Assembly (NCBI GenBank): GCA_031266215.1
Contig: JAISBL010000082.1
Location: forward strand, 1-59,189
Direction of reading: 5' to 3'
Length of the DNA stretch: 59,189 nt
From: Tannerellaceae bacterium
GTDB lineage: Bacteria; Bacteroidota; Bacteroidia; Bacteroidales; Tannerellaceae
Made by a program: the position numbers and the translations under genes. A model generated the notes under the pieces. It ran no database searches, was not told where the DNA came from, and saw only the letters and a program-made list of their open reading frames with translations. Below, piece after piece: positions 49,269 through 58,239 of this stretch (positions within the stretch are counted from its first letter, which is position 1; the number at the start of each line of letters is the position of its first letter).

Positions 49269-49880
49269 TCCCGGCGCCCCTTCTCTGCTTACCCTTCCTC
49301 CTGAATTCCTTATACACTACTTTATAAACTCTCCACACGCCCTGTGTGGACATCCCACACGCTACTGTGTGGACAACCCACACGCCCTGTGTGGACAACC
49401 CACACGCCCTGTATGGACAACCCACACGCCCTGTGTGGACACCCCACACGCCCTGTGTGGACACCCCACACGCCCTGTGTGGACAACCCACACGCTACTG
49501 TGTGGACACCCCACACGCCCTGTGTGGACATCCCACACGCCCTGTGTGGACAACCCACACGCCCTGTGTGGACAATCCACACGCCCTGTGTGGACACCCC
49601 ACACGCCCTGTGTGGACAATCCACACGCCCTGTGTGGACACCACACACGCTACTGTGTGGACAACCCACACACCCTGTGTGGATAGTTCCACACGCTACT
49701 GTATTAGATTTTCACAAGGCGCCTTGTTAGCTCTTCACAAGGAACCCTGTTAACTCTTCACAAGGAACCTTGTTGACTCCCCACAGGGATACTTGTGGAT
49801 TCATCGTGACCTGGGTTCGATGCAGGAGAATCAACGGCTCCCCCACGTCGTCATTGCTACCTCCCTTACCGTTCCCCCCA
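49269..49880 (+). repeat. Modular repeat element, locus 4 (A x16, linker, B x4)
   Basis: Truncated leader from 49269; 16 units CACACGCCCTGTGTGGACAACC (22/23 bp) 49334-49689; linker 49690-49712; four B units 49713-49804; tail to 49880. Confidence 0.95.
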
Positions 49881-49984
49881 GACTGTCCGAAAACTAAATT
49901 TAAGCTCCGGAGAGTCGCATATTTGCGTTTGTGCCCGGACAGGCGCCCGAATAAAAAGCCCTGCCGGTTAGTTACCGGACAGCC
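49881..49984. mobile_element. MITE-like module, copy 3
   Basis: GACTGTCCGAAAACTAA / TTAGTTACCGGACAGCC TIRs (14 of 17 complementary). Confidence 0.72.
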
Positions 49985-50097
49985 CTCCCACGGGTTGAGG
50001 CCGGAGGTAAGCGCGAGCTTCAGTCCATACTCTGTCACGCTGAGGGCTTCGGGTTGAAAAAAGAGTATGGCGCACTGTGGCGTTTGGATAAATATTA

Positions 50098-50105
50098 TAA
50101 CTTTG
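50098..50105 (+). promoter_or_regulatory. -7 promoter box of the his operon
   Basis: TAACTTTG, 26 bp before the leader ATG. Confidence 0.65.
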
Positions 50106-50131
50106 CGCGTAATCTAAAGTAAGGTAACAAA

Positions 50132-50191
50132 ATGATAACCGACAGACATCATCATCTCCACCACAGTAACGACCGCGGTAACGTACAGTAG
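50132..50191 (+). CDS. hisL: his operon leader peptide
   Basis: MITDRHHHLHHSNDRGNVQ*; five His codons among six consecutive codons, upstream of hisG. Confidence 0.85.
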   Translation: MITDRHHHLHHSNDRGNVQ

Positions 50192-50238
50192 CCGGCGGCA
50201 GGCTAAGGGGTGTGATGTGTCGCAAATCATATTTTAAG

Positions 50239-50271
50239 AAGGCTTGCCGTATAAAACCGGCAGGCCTTTTT
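50239..50271 (+). terminator. Attenuator terminator of the his leader
   Basis: AAGGCTTGCCG-loop-CGGCAGGCCTT followed by T residues; upstream CGGCAGGCT (50196-50204) can pair with the 5' arm instead. Confidence 0.82.
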
Positions 50272-50304
50272 CCTTGTTTGCTAATTAACTTAAAAGAATA
50301 GGTA

Positions 50305-51156
50305 ATGTTACGAATTGCTGTACAATCTAAAGGACGTCTGTACGATGAGACTATGACGCTGCTCGAAGAGGCCGGCATACGGCTTAACCGCGGGAAGCGC
50401 ACCCTGCTGCTCTCGGCCAGGGGCTTCCCCGTAGAGGTGCTTTTCCTGCGCGATGACGATATTCCGCAGTCTGTGGCTAACGGGGTGGCCGATATAGGTA
50501 TTGTGGGTGAAAATGAATATGTGGAGAAGGGCGGAGGCGCCCTGCTGGTTAAAAGGCTGGGATTTAGCCGCTGCCGCCTGTCGCTCGCTATTCCCAAAGA
50601 CGAGGTTTACGACGGGGTCGGGTGGTTCGAGGGTAAAACCATCGCCACCTCGTATCCTGAAATACTTGCCGGGTACCTTGAGCGGAACCATGTGAAAGCA
50701 GAGCCCCACGTCATCAGCGGCTCTGTCGAGATTGCTCCCGGCATAGGGCTGGCGGACGCGATATTTGACATCGTAAGCTCCGGCAGTACGCTGGTGAGCA
50801 ACCAGCTAAAGGAGGTGGAAACGGTGATGCAAAGCGAGGCCCTTCTGATCTCCAGCCCTTCCCTGAGCGCAGAGAAGCAGGCTATACTGGCGGAATTGCT
50901 TTTCCGCTTTGAAGCCATCCTGGCGGCGGAGGGTAAGAAATATGTATTACTGAACGCTCCCAAAGAGCGCCTTGACGAGATAATCGAAATACTGCCCGGC
51001 ATGAGAAGCCCCACCGTCACCCCGCTGGCAGACGAAAAATGGGTGTCGGTACAATCGGTGATAGCAGAGAACCGTTTCTGGGAAATCATCGGCAGGCTGA
51101 AAGCCCTGGGCGCCGAAGGTATCCTGATAATCCCGATAGAAAAGATGATTGTATGA
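50305..51156 (+). CDS. hisG: ATP phosphoribosyltransferase (long form)
   Basis: IAVQSKGRL, IATSYP, SGSVEIAP, DIVSSGSTL, PGMRSPT. Confidence 0.97.
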   Translation: MLRIAVQSKGRLYDETMTLLEEAGIRLNRGKRTLLLSARGFPVEVLFLRDDDIPQSVANGVADIGIVGENEYVEKGGGALLVKRLGFSRCRLSLAIPKDEVYDGVGWFEGKTIATSYPEILAGYLERNHVKAEPHVISGSVEIAPGIGLADAIFDIVSSGSTLVSNQLKEVETVMQSEALLISSPSLSAEKQAILAELLFRFEAILAAEGKKYVLLNAPKERLDEIIEILPGMRSPTVTPLADEKWVSVQSVIAENRFWEIIGRLKALGAEGILIIPIEKMIV

Positions 51157-52436
51157 TACGAGTTGCAATACACCCGATGAGGCCGGAATGGGAGGAGCTG
51201 GTAAAGCGTCCCGCACTGGATGTATCGGCGCTGTCCGACACGGTCAGCCGGGTACTCGAAGAAGTGAAGCGGCATGGAGACGCCGCCGTTATACGGTACG
51301 AAAAGCTGTTTGACAACGTATCCCTCAATACCCTTGAGGTCTCCGGGAAGGAAAAGACGGAGGCGGAGTCATTGCTGCCCCATGTTCTCAGACAAGCCAT
51401 ACGTACGGCGGCAGGGCATATCGAGGCGTTTCACTCGGCCCAGCGGTTTGCCGGCGTCGAAGTGGAGACAAGTCCCGGCGTCATCTGCCGGCAAAAGGCC
51501 GTGCCGATAGAAAAGGTAGGCCTTTACATCCCCGGAGGCACGGCGCCTTTATTCTCTACCGTATTGATGCTGGCCATTCCGGCGCGTATAGCCGGATGCC
51601 GTGAGGTTGTGCTGTTCACCCCGCCCCGCAAAGACGGCAGTGTGCACCCGGCCATACTCTTTGCCGCCGCTACAGCAGGGGTGGAGCGTATCTTCAGGGC
51701 CGGAGGCGTACAGGCTATCGCCGCTATGGCGTATGGAACTGAGACTGTGCCTAAGGTTTATAAGATATTCGGCCCCGGTAACCAGTATGTGACGGCCGCC
51801 AAGCAGATGGTGAGCCTCAGGGATGTGGCTATCGATATGCCCGCCGGCCCTTCTGAGGTGGAAGTGATTGCCGACGGGAACGCCAGCCCGGCTTTTATAG
51901 CCGCCGACCTTCTTTCGCAGGCGGAGCACGGGGCCGACAGCCAGTCGGTTCTCATCACCACCTCCGAAGCCATTGTGCCGCCTGTGCTCCGCGCCGTGGA
52001 AGAGCAACTGGAAGCGCTTCCGCGTAAGGAAGTCACAGCGAAGGCCCTGCTGAACAGCCGTATCATAGTGCTTAAAGACCGCAGGGAGGTGATAGACTTC
52101 ACCAACCTTTACGCACCTGAGCATCTCATTATCCAGACCGGCGACTATGCCTGCATAGCAGAAGAGATAGTGAACGCCGGCAGTGTCTTCCTGGGGGCCT
52201 ATACGCCGGAAAGCGCCGGCGATTACGCCTCTGGCACTAACCATACCCTGCCCACTAACGGCCATGCCCGCGCATGCAGCGGGGTCAACCTGGACAGCTT
52301 TATACGCAAGATAACCTTTCAGGAGATCACTCCCGAAGGGATCAGACAATTAGGTGAAACCATCCGCGTCATGGCAGCCGGAGAGCAGTTGGACGCCCAC
52401 CGCAACGCCGTGACCGTAAGATTAGAAACGATATGA
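51153..52436 (+). CDS. hisD: Histidinol dehydrogenase
   Basis: GLYIPGG, GPGNQYV, IDMPAGPSE, SQAEH, GTNHTLPT; ATGA-coupled to hisG. Confidence 0.97.
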   Translation: MIRVAIHPMRPEWEELVKRPALDVSALSDTVSRVLEEVKRHGDAAVIRYEKLFDNVSLNTLEVSGKEKTEAESLLPHVLRQAIRTAAGHIEAFHSAQRFAGVEVETSPGVICRQKAVPIEKVGLYIPGGTAPLFSTVLMLAIPARIAGCREVVLFTPPRKDGSVHPAILFAAATAGVERIFRAGGVQAIAAMAYGTETVPKVYKIFGPGNQYVTAAKQMVSLRDVAIDMPAGPSEVEVIADGNASPAFIAADLLSQAEHGADSQSVLITTSEAIVPPVLRAVEEQLEALPRKEVTAKALLNSRIIVLKDRREVIDFTNLYAPEHLIIQTGDYACIAEEIVNAGSVFLGAYTPESAGDYASGTNHTLPTNGHARACSGVNLDSFIRKITFQEITPEGIRQLGETIRVMAAGEQLDAHRNAVTVRLETI

Positions 52437-53470
52437 AGAACCTGCAAGACCTTCTCAGGCCCAATATCCGCAGCCTGAAGCCTTATTCCTCCGCACGCGA
52501 CGAGTTTCACGGCGAAGCCTCCGTCTTCCTCGACGCCAATGAGAACCCCTACAACGAGCCTTACAACCGCTATCCCGATCCGATGCAGCGGGCGCTCAAA
52601 GAACGTATATCCGTACTGAAGGACATCGCCCCTGAGCATATCTTTACAGGTAATGGGAGCGACGAGGCTATCGATCTGGTGATCCGCGCCTTTTGTGAAC
52701 CGGGTATTGACAATATGGTGACCATCACCCCCTCATACGGTATGTACGAGGTGGCGGCTGACATAAACAACGTGAAGTGCGTCAGGGTTCCCCTGTCGGC
52801 TGATTTCCGTCTGGACGCCGGCGCAGTGCTGGATGCCGCCGACAGCCATACCAAACTCATCTGCCTGTGTTCTCCCAACAACCCGACAGGGAACCTGCTC
52901 GACAGGGAAGAGATATACCGCATACTGAAATACTTCAACGGCATCGTTGTGGCAGATGAAGCCTACATCGACTTCGCTCCTTCCCTTTCGCTCATAAGAG
53001 GGCTGGTCAGCTATCCCAACCTCATTGTCCTCCAGACTCTGTCGAAGGCCTGGGGAGGGGCGGGCATACGGCTTGGCATGGCATTCGCTTCGCCCTGGAT
53101 CATTGACGTACTGAACAAAATAAAGTATCCGTACAACGTGAGCCTCGTAGCGCAGGAACATGCCCTGGCTCTGCTGAAACGTGAAAACCGGATGGAAGAT
53201 CAGCTTGCCGTTATTCTCAACGAGCGTGCACGGCTGGGTGAGGCCCTCGGTAAACTGCCTTTCGTCAGGCGGATATATCCCTCTGACGCCAACTTCATAC
53301 TGGTAAGGGTTAACGATGCGGATTATACGTATAACTATCTGGTCGGCCGCAAGGTGATAGTGCGTAACCGTCACAGGGTGTCTTTGTGCGAGAACTGCCT
53401 GCGCATTACCGTAGGCGCCCCTGAAGAAAACAACATGCTGATAAAGGCATTAAACGAGATGACGCTATGA
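52433..53470 (+). CDS. hisC: Histidinol-phosphate aminotransferase
   Basis: LDANEN, NRYPD, GNGSDE, SPNNPTG, DEAY, TLSKAWG. Confidence 0.97.
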   Translation: MKNLQDLLRPNIRSLKPYSSARDEFHGEASVFLDANENPYNEPYNRYPDPMQRALKERISVLKDIAPEHIFTGNGSDEAIDLVIRAFCEPGIDNMVTITPSYGMYEVAADINNVKCVRVPLSADFRLDAGAVLDAADSHTKLICLCSPNNPTGNLLDREEIYRILKYFNGIVVADEAYIDFAPSLSLIRGLVSYPNLIVLQTLSKAWGGAGIRLGMAFASPWIIDVLNKIKYPYNVSLVAQEHALALLKRENRMEDQLAVILNERARLGEALGKLPFVRRIYPSDANFILVRVNDADYTYNYLVGRKVIVRNRHRVSLCENCLRITVGAPEENNMLIKALNEMTL

Positions 53471-54597
53471 AGAAACGGGCCCTGTTTATAGACCGCGACG
53501 GCACGCTGGTTGCAGAGCCGCCGGGAGACTGCCAGTTGGACAGCCTTGAGAAACTGTCGTTCTACCCCAGGGTGTTCCGCAACCTGCATTTCATCAGGAC
53601 GCGGCTCGACTTTGAGCTTGTCATGGTCACCAACCAGGACGGACTGGGAACGGCTTCCTTCCCTGAAGACACCTTCTGGCCGGCGCACAACAAGCTGATG
53701 GAAGCCCTCGAAGGCGAGGGTATCAGGTTTGACGACGTGCTGATAGACCGCTCCTTCCCTGAAGACAATTCGCCCGGCCGTAAGCCTCGTACAGGGATGC
53801 TCGGCAGGTATACGGGCGGAGATTACGACCTTTCCGGGAGTTTTGTGATAGGCGACCGCCTTACCGACCTGGAGCTCGCCGCCAACCTTGGCGCCCGGAG
53901 CATATGGCTACGCCCGCTCGGGGGGGCCGGGCAGGAGCCTGAAGCCTGCGGCCGGGGACTGTCTCCATCGTTAATAACCGACGACTGGGATAAGATAACA
54001 GAGTATCTCTTCGCCGGCGAACGCCGCGCCGTGGTGCACCGCAGGACAAAGGAGACCGACGTCATGGTGGAGGTGAACCTTGGCGGCAGCGGACGTACGG
54101 ATATTGATACCGGTCTGGGATTCTTCAACCACATGCTCGATCAGATAGGCAGGCATGCCGGCATAGACCTGCGCATTGAGGTAAAAGGCGATCTGGAGGT
54201 TGACGAGCATCACACCATAGAAGACACCGCCCTTGCCCTGGGGGAGGCCCTTCTCAGGGCCTTGGGCGACAAGCGCGGAATAGAGCGGTACGGGTATACG
54301 CTTCCGATGGACGACTGCCTGTGCAGTGTGGCCCTCGACTTCGGAGGACGACCCTGGCTGGTATGGGATGCTGATTTCAGGCGTGAGAAGGTGGGCGACA
54401 TGCCTGCTGAGATGTTCCTTCATTTCTTCAAAAGCCTGAGCGACGCCGCCCGCATGAATCTCAACATAAAAGCCCGGGGCGAGAACGAGCACCACAAGAT
54501 AGAGGGCATTTTCAAAGCCTTCGCCCGCAGCATCCGCATGGCCATACGCCGTGACGTATACGCCTACGAGCTTCCAAGCACCAAAGGCGTCATATAA
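53467..54597 (+). CDS. hisB: Bifunctional histidinol-phosphatase / IGP dehydratase
   Basis: [11 protein letters not shown] domain followed by RRTKET, HHTIED and ENEHHKIE. Confidence 0.97.
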   Translation: MKKRALFIDRDGTLVAEPPGDCQLDSLEKLSFYPRVFRNLHFIRTRLDFELVMVTNQDGLGTASFPEDTFWPAHNKLMEALEGEGIRFDDVLIDRSFPEDNSPGRKPRTGMLGRYTGGDYDLSGSFVIGDRLTDLELAANLGARSIWLRPLGGAGQEPEACGRGLSPSLITDDWDKITEYLFAGERRAVVHRRTKETDVMVEVNLGGSGRTDIDTGLGFFNHMLDQIGRHAGIDLRIEVKGDLEVDEHHTIEDTALALGEALLRALGDKRGIERYGYTLPMDDCLCSVALDFGGRPWLVWDADFRREKVGDMPAEMFLHFFKSLSDAARMNLNIKARGENEHHKIEGIFKAFARSIRMAIRRDVYAYELPSTKGVI

Positions 54598-54737
54598 TAT
54601 ACCCGTACCACCGTCGCCGGCGTTTGCTCTCTCCTTCCCGTAGCGCGGCGGAGGGCATGCAGAACGCGCCTGCGGGGCGCCTCCTGATGTTTATTTATTA
54701 TATTTGCCGCTTAACTGACATAAATCAATTAAATACC

Positions 54738-56186
54738 ATGCATACACTGAAAAAGCCTGAAAGCCCCATGAGTTCGTACCGGTGGGTTATATGCGGAATG
54801 CTTTTCTTCGCCACAACGATCAATTACTTAGACCGTCAGGTGTTATCGCTCACATGGAAGGACTTTATAGTCCCGGAGTTTCACTGGACAAATAATGACT
54901 ACGGGAATATCACGGCTTTATTCTCTGTCTTCTACGCCATAAGTATGCTGTTTGCCGGCCGGCTGGTGGACTGGATGGATACGAAAAAAGGATACCTGCT
55001 GGCTATCGGCGTGTGGTCGGCAGGCGCCTGTATGCACGCTTTCTGCGGTATAGCCACTTCGGGTATAACGGCGGGTGAGTGGTTCGTCGGGTTCGAAGAG
55101 GCGAGGGCCGTTATCGGTACGATAGGCGACATCGGGATGGTGGTCAACGTCAGCGTGCTGTTATTCATCTTCGCCCGGCTGATACTTGCCGTTGGCGAAG
55201 CGGGTAACTTCCCTGCCGCCATCAAGGCTACCGCCGAATATTTCCCCAAGAAAGACCGGGCGTTCTCTACCAGTATCTTTAATGCCGGGGCGACGGTAGG
55301 AGCATTGGCGGCTCCCGTGTCCATACCATTTATCGCCAGGTTGTGGGGGTGGGAGGCTTCTTTCCTTATAATCGGGGCGCTGGGCTTTGTATGGATGGGC
55401 TTCTGGGTGTTTATTTACAGGAAGCCGGGCGAACATCCCCGTGTGAACGCCGGAGAACTGGCTTATATACGGCAGGATGCCGGCGACCAGAAGGAGGAGG
55501 ATGGGCCGGGGCGCAGACTTTCTTTTATGGAATGCCTGGGATATAAACAGACCTGGGCTTTTGCGCTTGGCAAATTCATGACCGACGGGGTGTGGTGGTT
55601 TTTCCTCTTCTGGACGCCGGCCTACCTGAGTTCTGTATATGATATGAAATCTTCGGACTTGTCCAGCCAGGTGGCTATTTTCACTTTATATGCCATCACC
55701 CTGCTTTCCATTATCGGGGGGTGGCTGCCTACTTACTTTGTGGATAAAAAAGGAATGAACCCGTATGCCGGACGAATGAAGGCGATGCTGATATTCGCCT
55801 TTTTCCCCCTGCTGGCCCTGCTGGCGCAACCGCTGGGGAGCGTTTCTTACTGGTTCCCGGTTGTCATTATCGGCATTGCCGGGGCAGCCCACCAGGCCTG
55901 GTCGGCAAACATTTTTTCTACTGTGGGGGATATGTTCCCGCGAAGCGCTATCGCCACGGTCACAGGTATAGGCGGTATGGCGGGCGGCATGAGTTCGTTC
56001 ATCATTAATAAAAGCTCCGGCGTTTTGTTTGATTATGCCGGACAGACAGAAATGGTCTTTATGGGCTTCAGGGGAGAGGAAGCGGGTTACTTCATCATCT
56101 TCTCCGTTTGCGCCGTGGCCTACCTTATCGGATGGTGTATCATGAAGAGCCTGGTTCCGCGGTACGCTCCTATCGTTGTCAGTTAA
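54738..56186 (+). CDS. MFS hexuronate transporter (ExuT-like)
   Basis: RWVIC.MLFFATTINYLDRQ, EAGNFPAAIK, AHQAWSAN; -7 box at 54699-54706 supports ATG 54738. Confidence 0.85.
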   Translation: MHTLKKPESPMSSYRWVICGMLFFATTINYLDRQVLSLTWKDFIVPEFHWTNNDYGNITALFSVFYAISMLFAGRLVDWMDTKKGYLLAIGVWSAGACMHAFCGIATSGITAGEWFVGFEEARAVIGTIGDIGMVVNVSVLLFIFARLILAVGEAGNFPAAIKATAEYFPKKDRAFSTSIFNAGATVGALAAPVSIPFIARLWGWEASFLIIGALGFVWMGFWVFIYRKPGEHPRVNAGELAYIRQDAGDQKEEDGPGRRLSFMECLGYKQTWAFALGKFMTDGVWWFFLFWTPAYLSSVYDMKSSDLSSQVAIFTLYAITLLSIIGGWLPTYFVDKKGMNPYAGRMKAMLIFAFFPLLALLAQPLGSVSYWFPVVIIGIAGAAHQAWSANIFSTVGDMFPRSAIATVTGIGGMAGGMSSFIINKSSGVLFDYAGQTEMVFMGFRGEEAGYFIIFSVCAVAYLIGWCIMKSLVPRYAPIVVS

Positions 56187-56214
56187 CGGATGTTCAATTT
56201 ATAAAATATCGAAT

Positions 56215-57030
56215 ATGAAGACTATTGCATTAGTATCTCTATTGTTGATCGGGATGCTTGGCGCCTGCCAGTCGCGTAGCGCCCGCACCCAGACAGAAAA
56301 CACGGAAGCCGCAGGTACGGCTCCTGAAGTAAACCTGGCCCCCAATACGCTGAGCGAACAGGAAGAGGCCGACGGATGGCGGTTATTGTTCGACGGACAG
56401 ACTACCGCCGGATGGCGTGGCGCTCATAAGGAGGCTTTTCCTGATTTCGGATGGAAGGTGGAAGACGGGCAGTTGATCGTTATGAGCGCCGACGGCAGGG
56501 AATCTACAAACGGCGGGGATATAGTGTATGCCCCGGAGGAGTTCTCCGCCTTTGAGCTGAGCCTGGAGTTTAAGATCACCGAGGGAGCCAACAGTGGTAT
56601 CAAGTACTTCGTAACCGAAGAGGAACAGCCTTCGGGCTCGGCTTTCGGACTGGAGTTCCAGATACTCGACGACAACGTTCACCCCGATGCCGAACTCTAC
56701 ACCACGGCGCCCGGTTCGCGCCGGCTGGCCGGCCTGTACGACCTGATAAAGCCGGAAAACGTAAGCTTCAATGGCGTGGGAAGCTGGAACCAGGCTGTAA
56801 TAAAGGTTTTCCCCAACAACCATGTGGAGCATTGGATGAACGGGTTTAAGACCGTTGAATACGACCGTGGCGCGGAAGCGTTCCGCGCACTGGTAAAAGG
56901 TAGTAAATACGCCGCTACCGTGTATAATGAGCATGGCTTGTTCGGCGAAGCTCCCAGAGGGCGCATCCTGCTGCAGGACCACGGGAATGAGGTGGCCTTC
57001 CGGAGCATAAAGATCCGCCCGCTTCAATAA
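56215..57030 (+). CDS. DUF1080 (3-keto-disaccharide hydrolase-like) lipoprotein
   Basis: LGAC lipobox; GWRLLFDG, GANSGI, EFQILD, LQDHG..V.FRSIKI. Confidence 0.88.
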   Translation: MKTIALVSLLLIGMLGACQSRSARTQTENTEAAGTAPEVNLAPNTLSEQEEADGWRLLFDGQTTAGWRGAHKEAFPDFGWKVEDGQLIVMSADGRESTNGGDIVYAPEEFSAFELSLEFKITEGANSGIKYFVTEEEQPSGSAFGLEFQILDDNVHPDAELYTTAPGSRRLAGLYDLIKPENVSFNGVGSWNQAVIKVFPNNHVEHWMNGFKTVEYDRGAEAFRALVKGSKYAATVYNEHGLFGEAPRGRILLQDHGNEVAFRSIKIRPLQ

Positions 57031-57035
57031 GCATT

Positions 57036-57070
57036 AAAAAAACCCGTGACGGTGGTGCGTCACGGGTTTT
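57036..57070. terminator. Bidirectional Rho-independent terminator
   Basis: A-run, stem AACCCGTGACG/CGTCACGGGTT, T-run, between convergent genes. Confidence 0.9.
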
Positions 57071-57074
57071 CTTC

Positions 57075-58226
57075 TTATTTCTTATGCTTTATCAGCATGA
57101 TCACCGGGTTTGATTCCTCGTCCAGTCCGGCGGCGACTTCTTTCAGCCGGCCTTTCAGCTCTCCGTTACCGTAAGCCTCTACAAGATCAGGAGCTTCTAA
57201 AGGCTGACAGGTTGCGATTTCGTTATTTACAGGTCTTGAATTCATATATACCTGTTTCTTGTCTGAATAATCGCCGTTGTACACTATGGATTCAAATATG
57301 GCCTTCGCCTGCCTGTCATACAATAAACCGGTGGCCGGAAACTCATTCTCTTTTTTTACTGTTTCCATGAAATAATAACGGTCGGTAATAATACTCATAA
57401 AAAGAAATACTTCCGGGTCCATGGAGTGCACAGATGGAGTCCTGGCCAAAATGGGAACAATACTGCGGTCGGACAAGTACCGGTATACTGTATCAGACGA
57501 AGGCTCTATAAATATCCAACCGCCCGGGCAGGGAATTACCGGATAATTGGAAGTAGGATTTGAAACAGAAACCGATTTATCTTCAATTATTACTATCGAT
57601 GTCTGTATCCTCTCTTTAAATGTGAGCGGAATGCTTTCGGCAATGCTTCCGTCATGTTTGGACCGGATCGTGAATGGCTGCGAGTTTTCCGTACCGTCGC
57701 CGCTATTACCGGAAACAATGCTATAACAAATCAGGTTATCACGGTCGAAATTGTATGTACTATTGAATCTGAAAGAACCTTCATTATTATCAAATTTCCG
57801 TTTGAATTTCCCAAACAGGTCATACACCAACGTTCCATAAAAGGTGCCGACAAACATCTCGGCGTTATCTTCGTCAAGAGTAAGATTTGTAATAAACGTG
57901 TATTCTTCACTGCCCTGCCCGAAGCGGTTTATCTTCCTAAGGCCTTTGCCGTTCCTGTCAAAGATGAAGATATTGCCGTCGTTGACACTGTTTGTCACCA
58001 ATATAATGTCTTTTCCAATGGCTCGCACATAACCCTGGGTGATAAACTCGTCGGATGTTTCCAGCGGGATGTATTCCACGTCCATAAAGTCCTGAAGGAC
58101 CAGTTCCTTTGCAGGGTAACCTGCCGTGACATCGACTGTGATAAAGTCGTCAGCCGGCTGTCTGCTCTCTCCGCATCCCGACGCTACGAACAGGATAACT
58201 GCCGGAATTGTAATTAGCCTTTTCAT
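57075..58226 (-). CDS. 6-bladed beta-propeller lipoprotein
   Basis: ASGC lipobox; EYIPLET, IFIFDRNGK..RKI...GQG.EEY, C-terminal EESNPVIM. Confidence 0.82.
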   Translation of the reverse strand: MKRLITIPAVILFVASGCGESRQPADDFITVDVTAGYPAKELVLQDFMDVEYIPLETSDEFITQGYVRAIGKDIILVTNSVNDGNIFIFDRNGKGLRKINRFGQGSEEYTFITNLTLDEDNAEMFVGTFYGTLVYDLFGKFKRKFDNNEGSFRFNSTYNFDRDNLICYSIVSGNSGDGTENSQPFTIRSKHDGSIAESIPLTFKERIQTSIVIIEDKSVSVSNPTSNYPVIPCPGGWIFIEPSSDTVYRYLSDRSIVPILARTPSVHSMDPEVFLFMSIITDRYYFMETVKKENEFPATGLLYDRQAKAIFESIVYNGDYSDKKQVYMNSRPVNNEIATCQPLEAPDLVEAYGNGELKGRLKEVAAGLDEESNPVIMLIKHKK

Positions 58227-58239
58227 TTGGACAGTATTC

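Noticed and set aside
49334-49689. Chromosomal origin (oriC)
   Set aside because: The boxes are imperfect, similar arrays occur at several loci, and there is no AT-rich unwinding element or dnaA-region gene nearby.
49165-50057. Cys/His/Trp-rich ORFs over the repeats (also 622-1012, 6334-6866, 35682-36147)
   Set aside because: They are open in several frames and on both strands because the units lack stops; the periodic peptides are translation artefacts.
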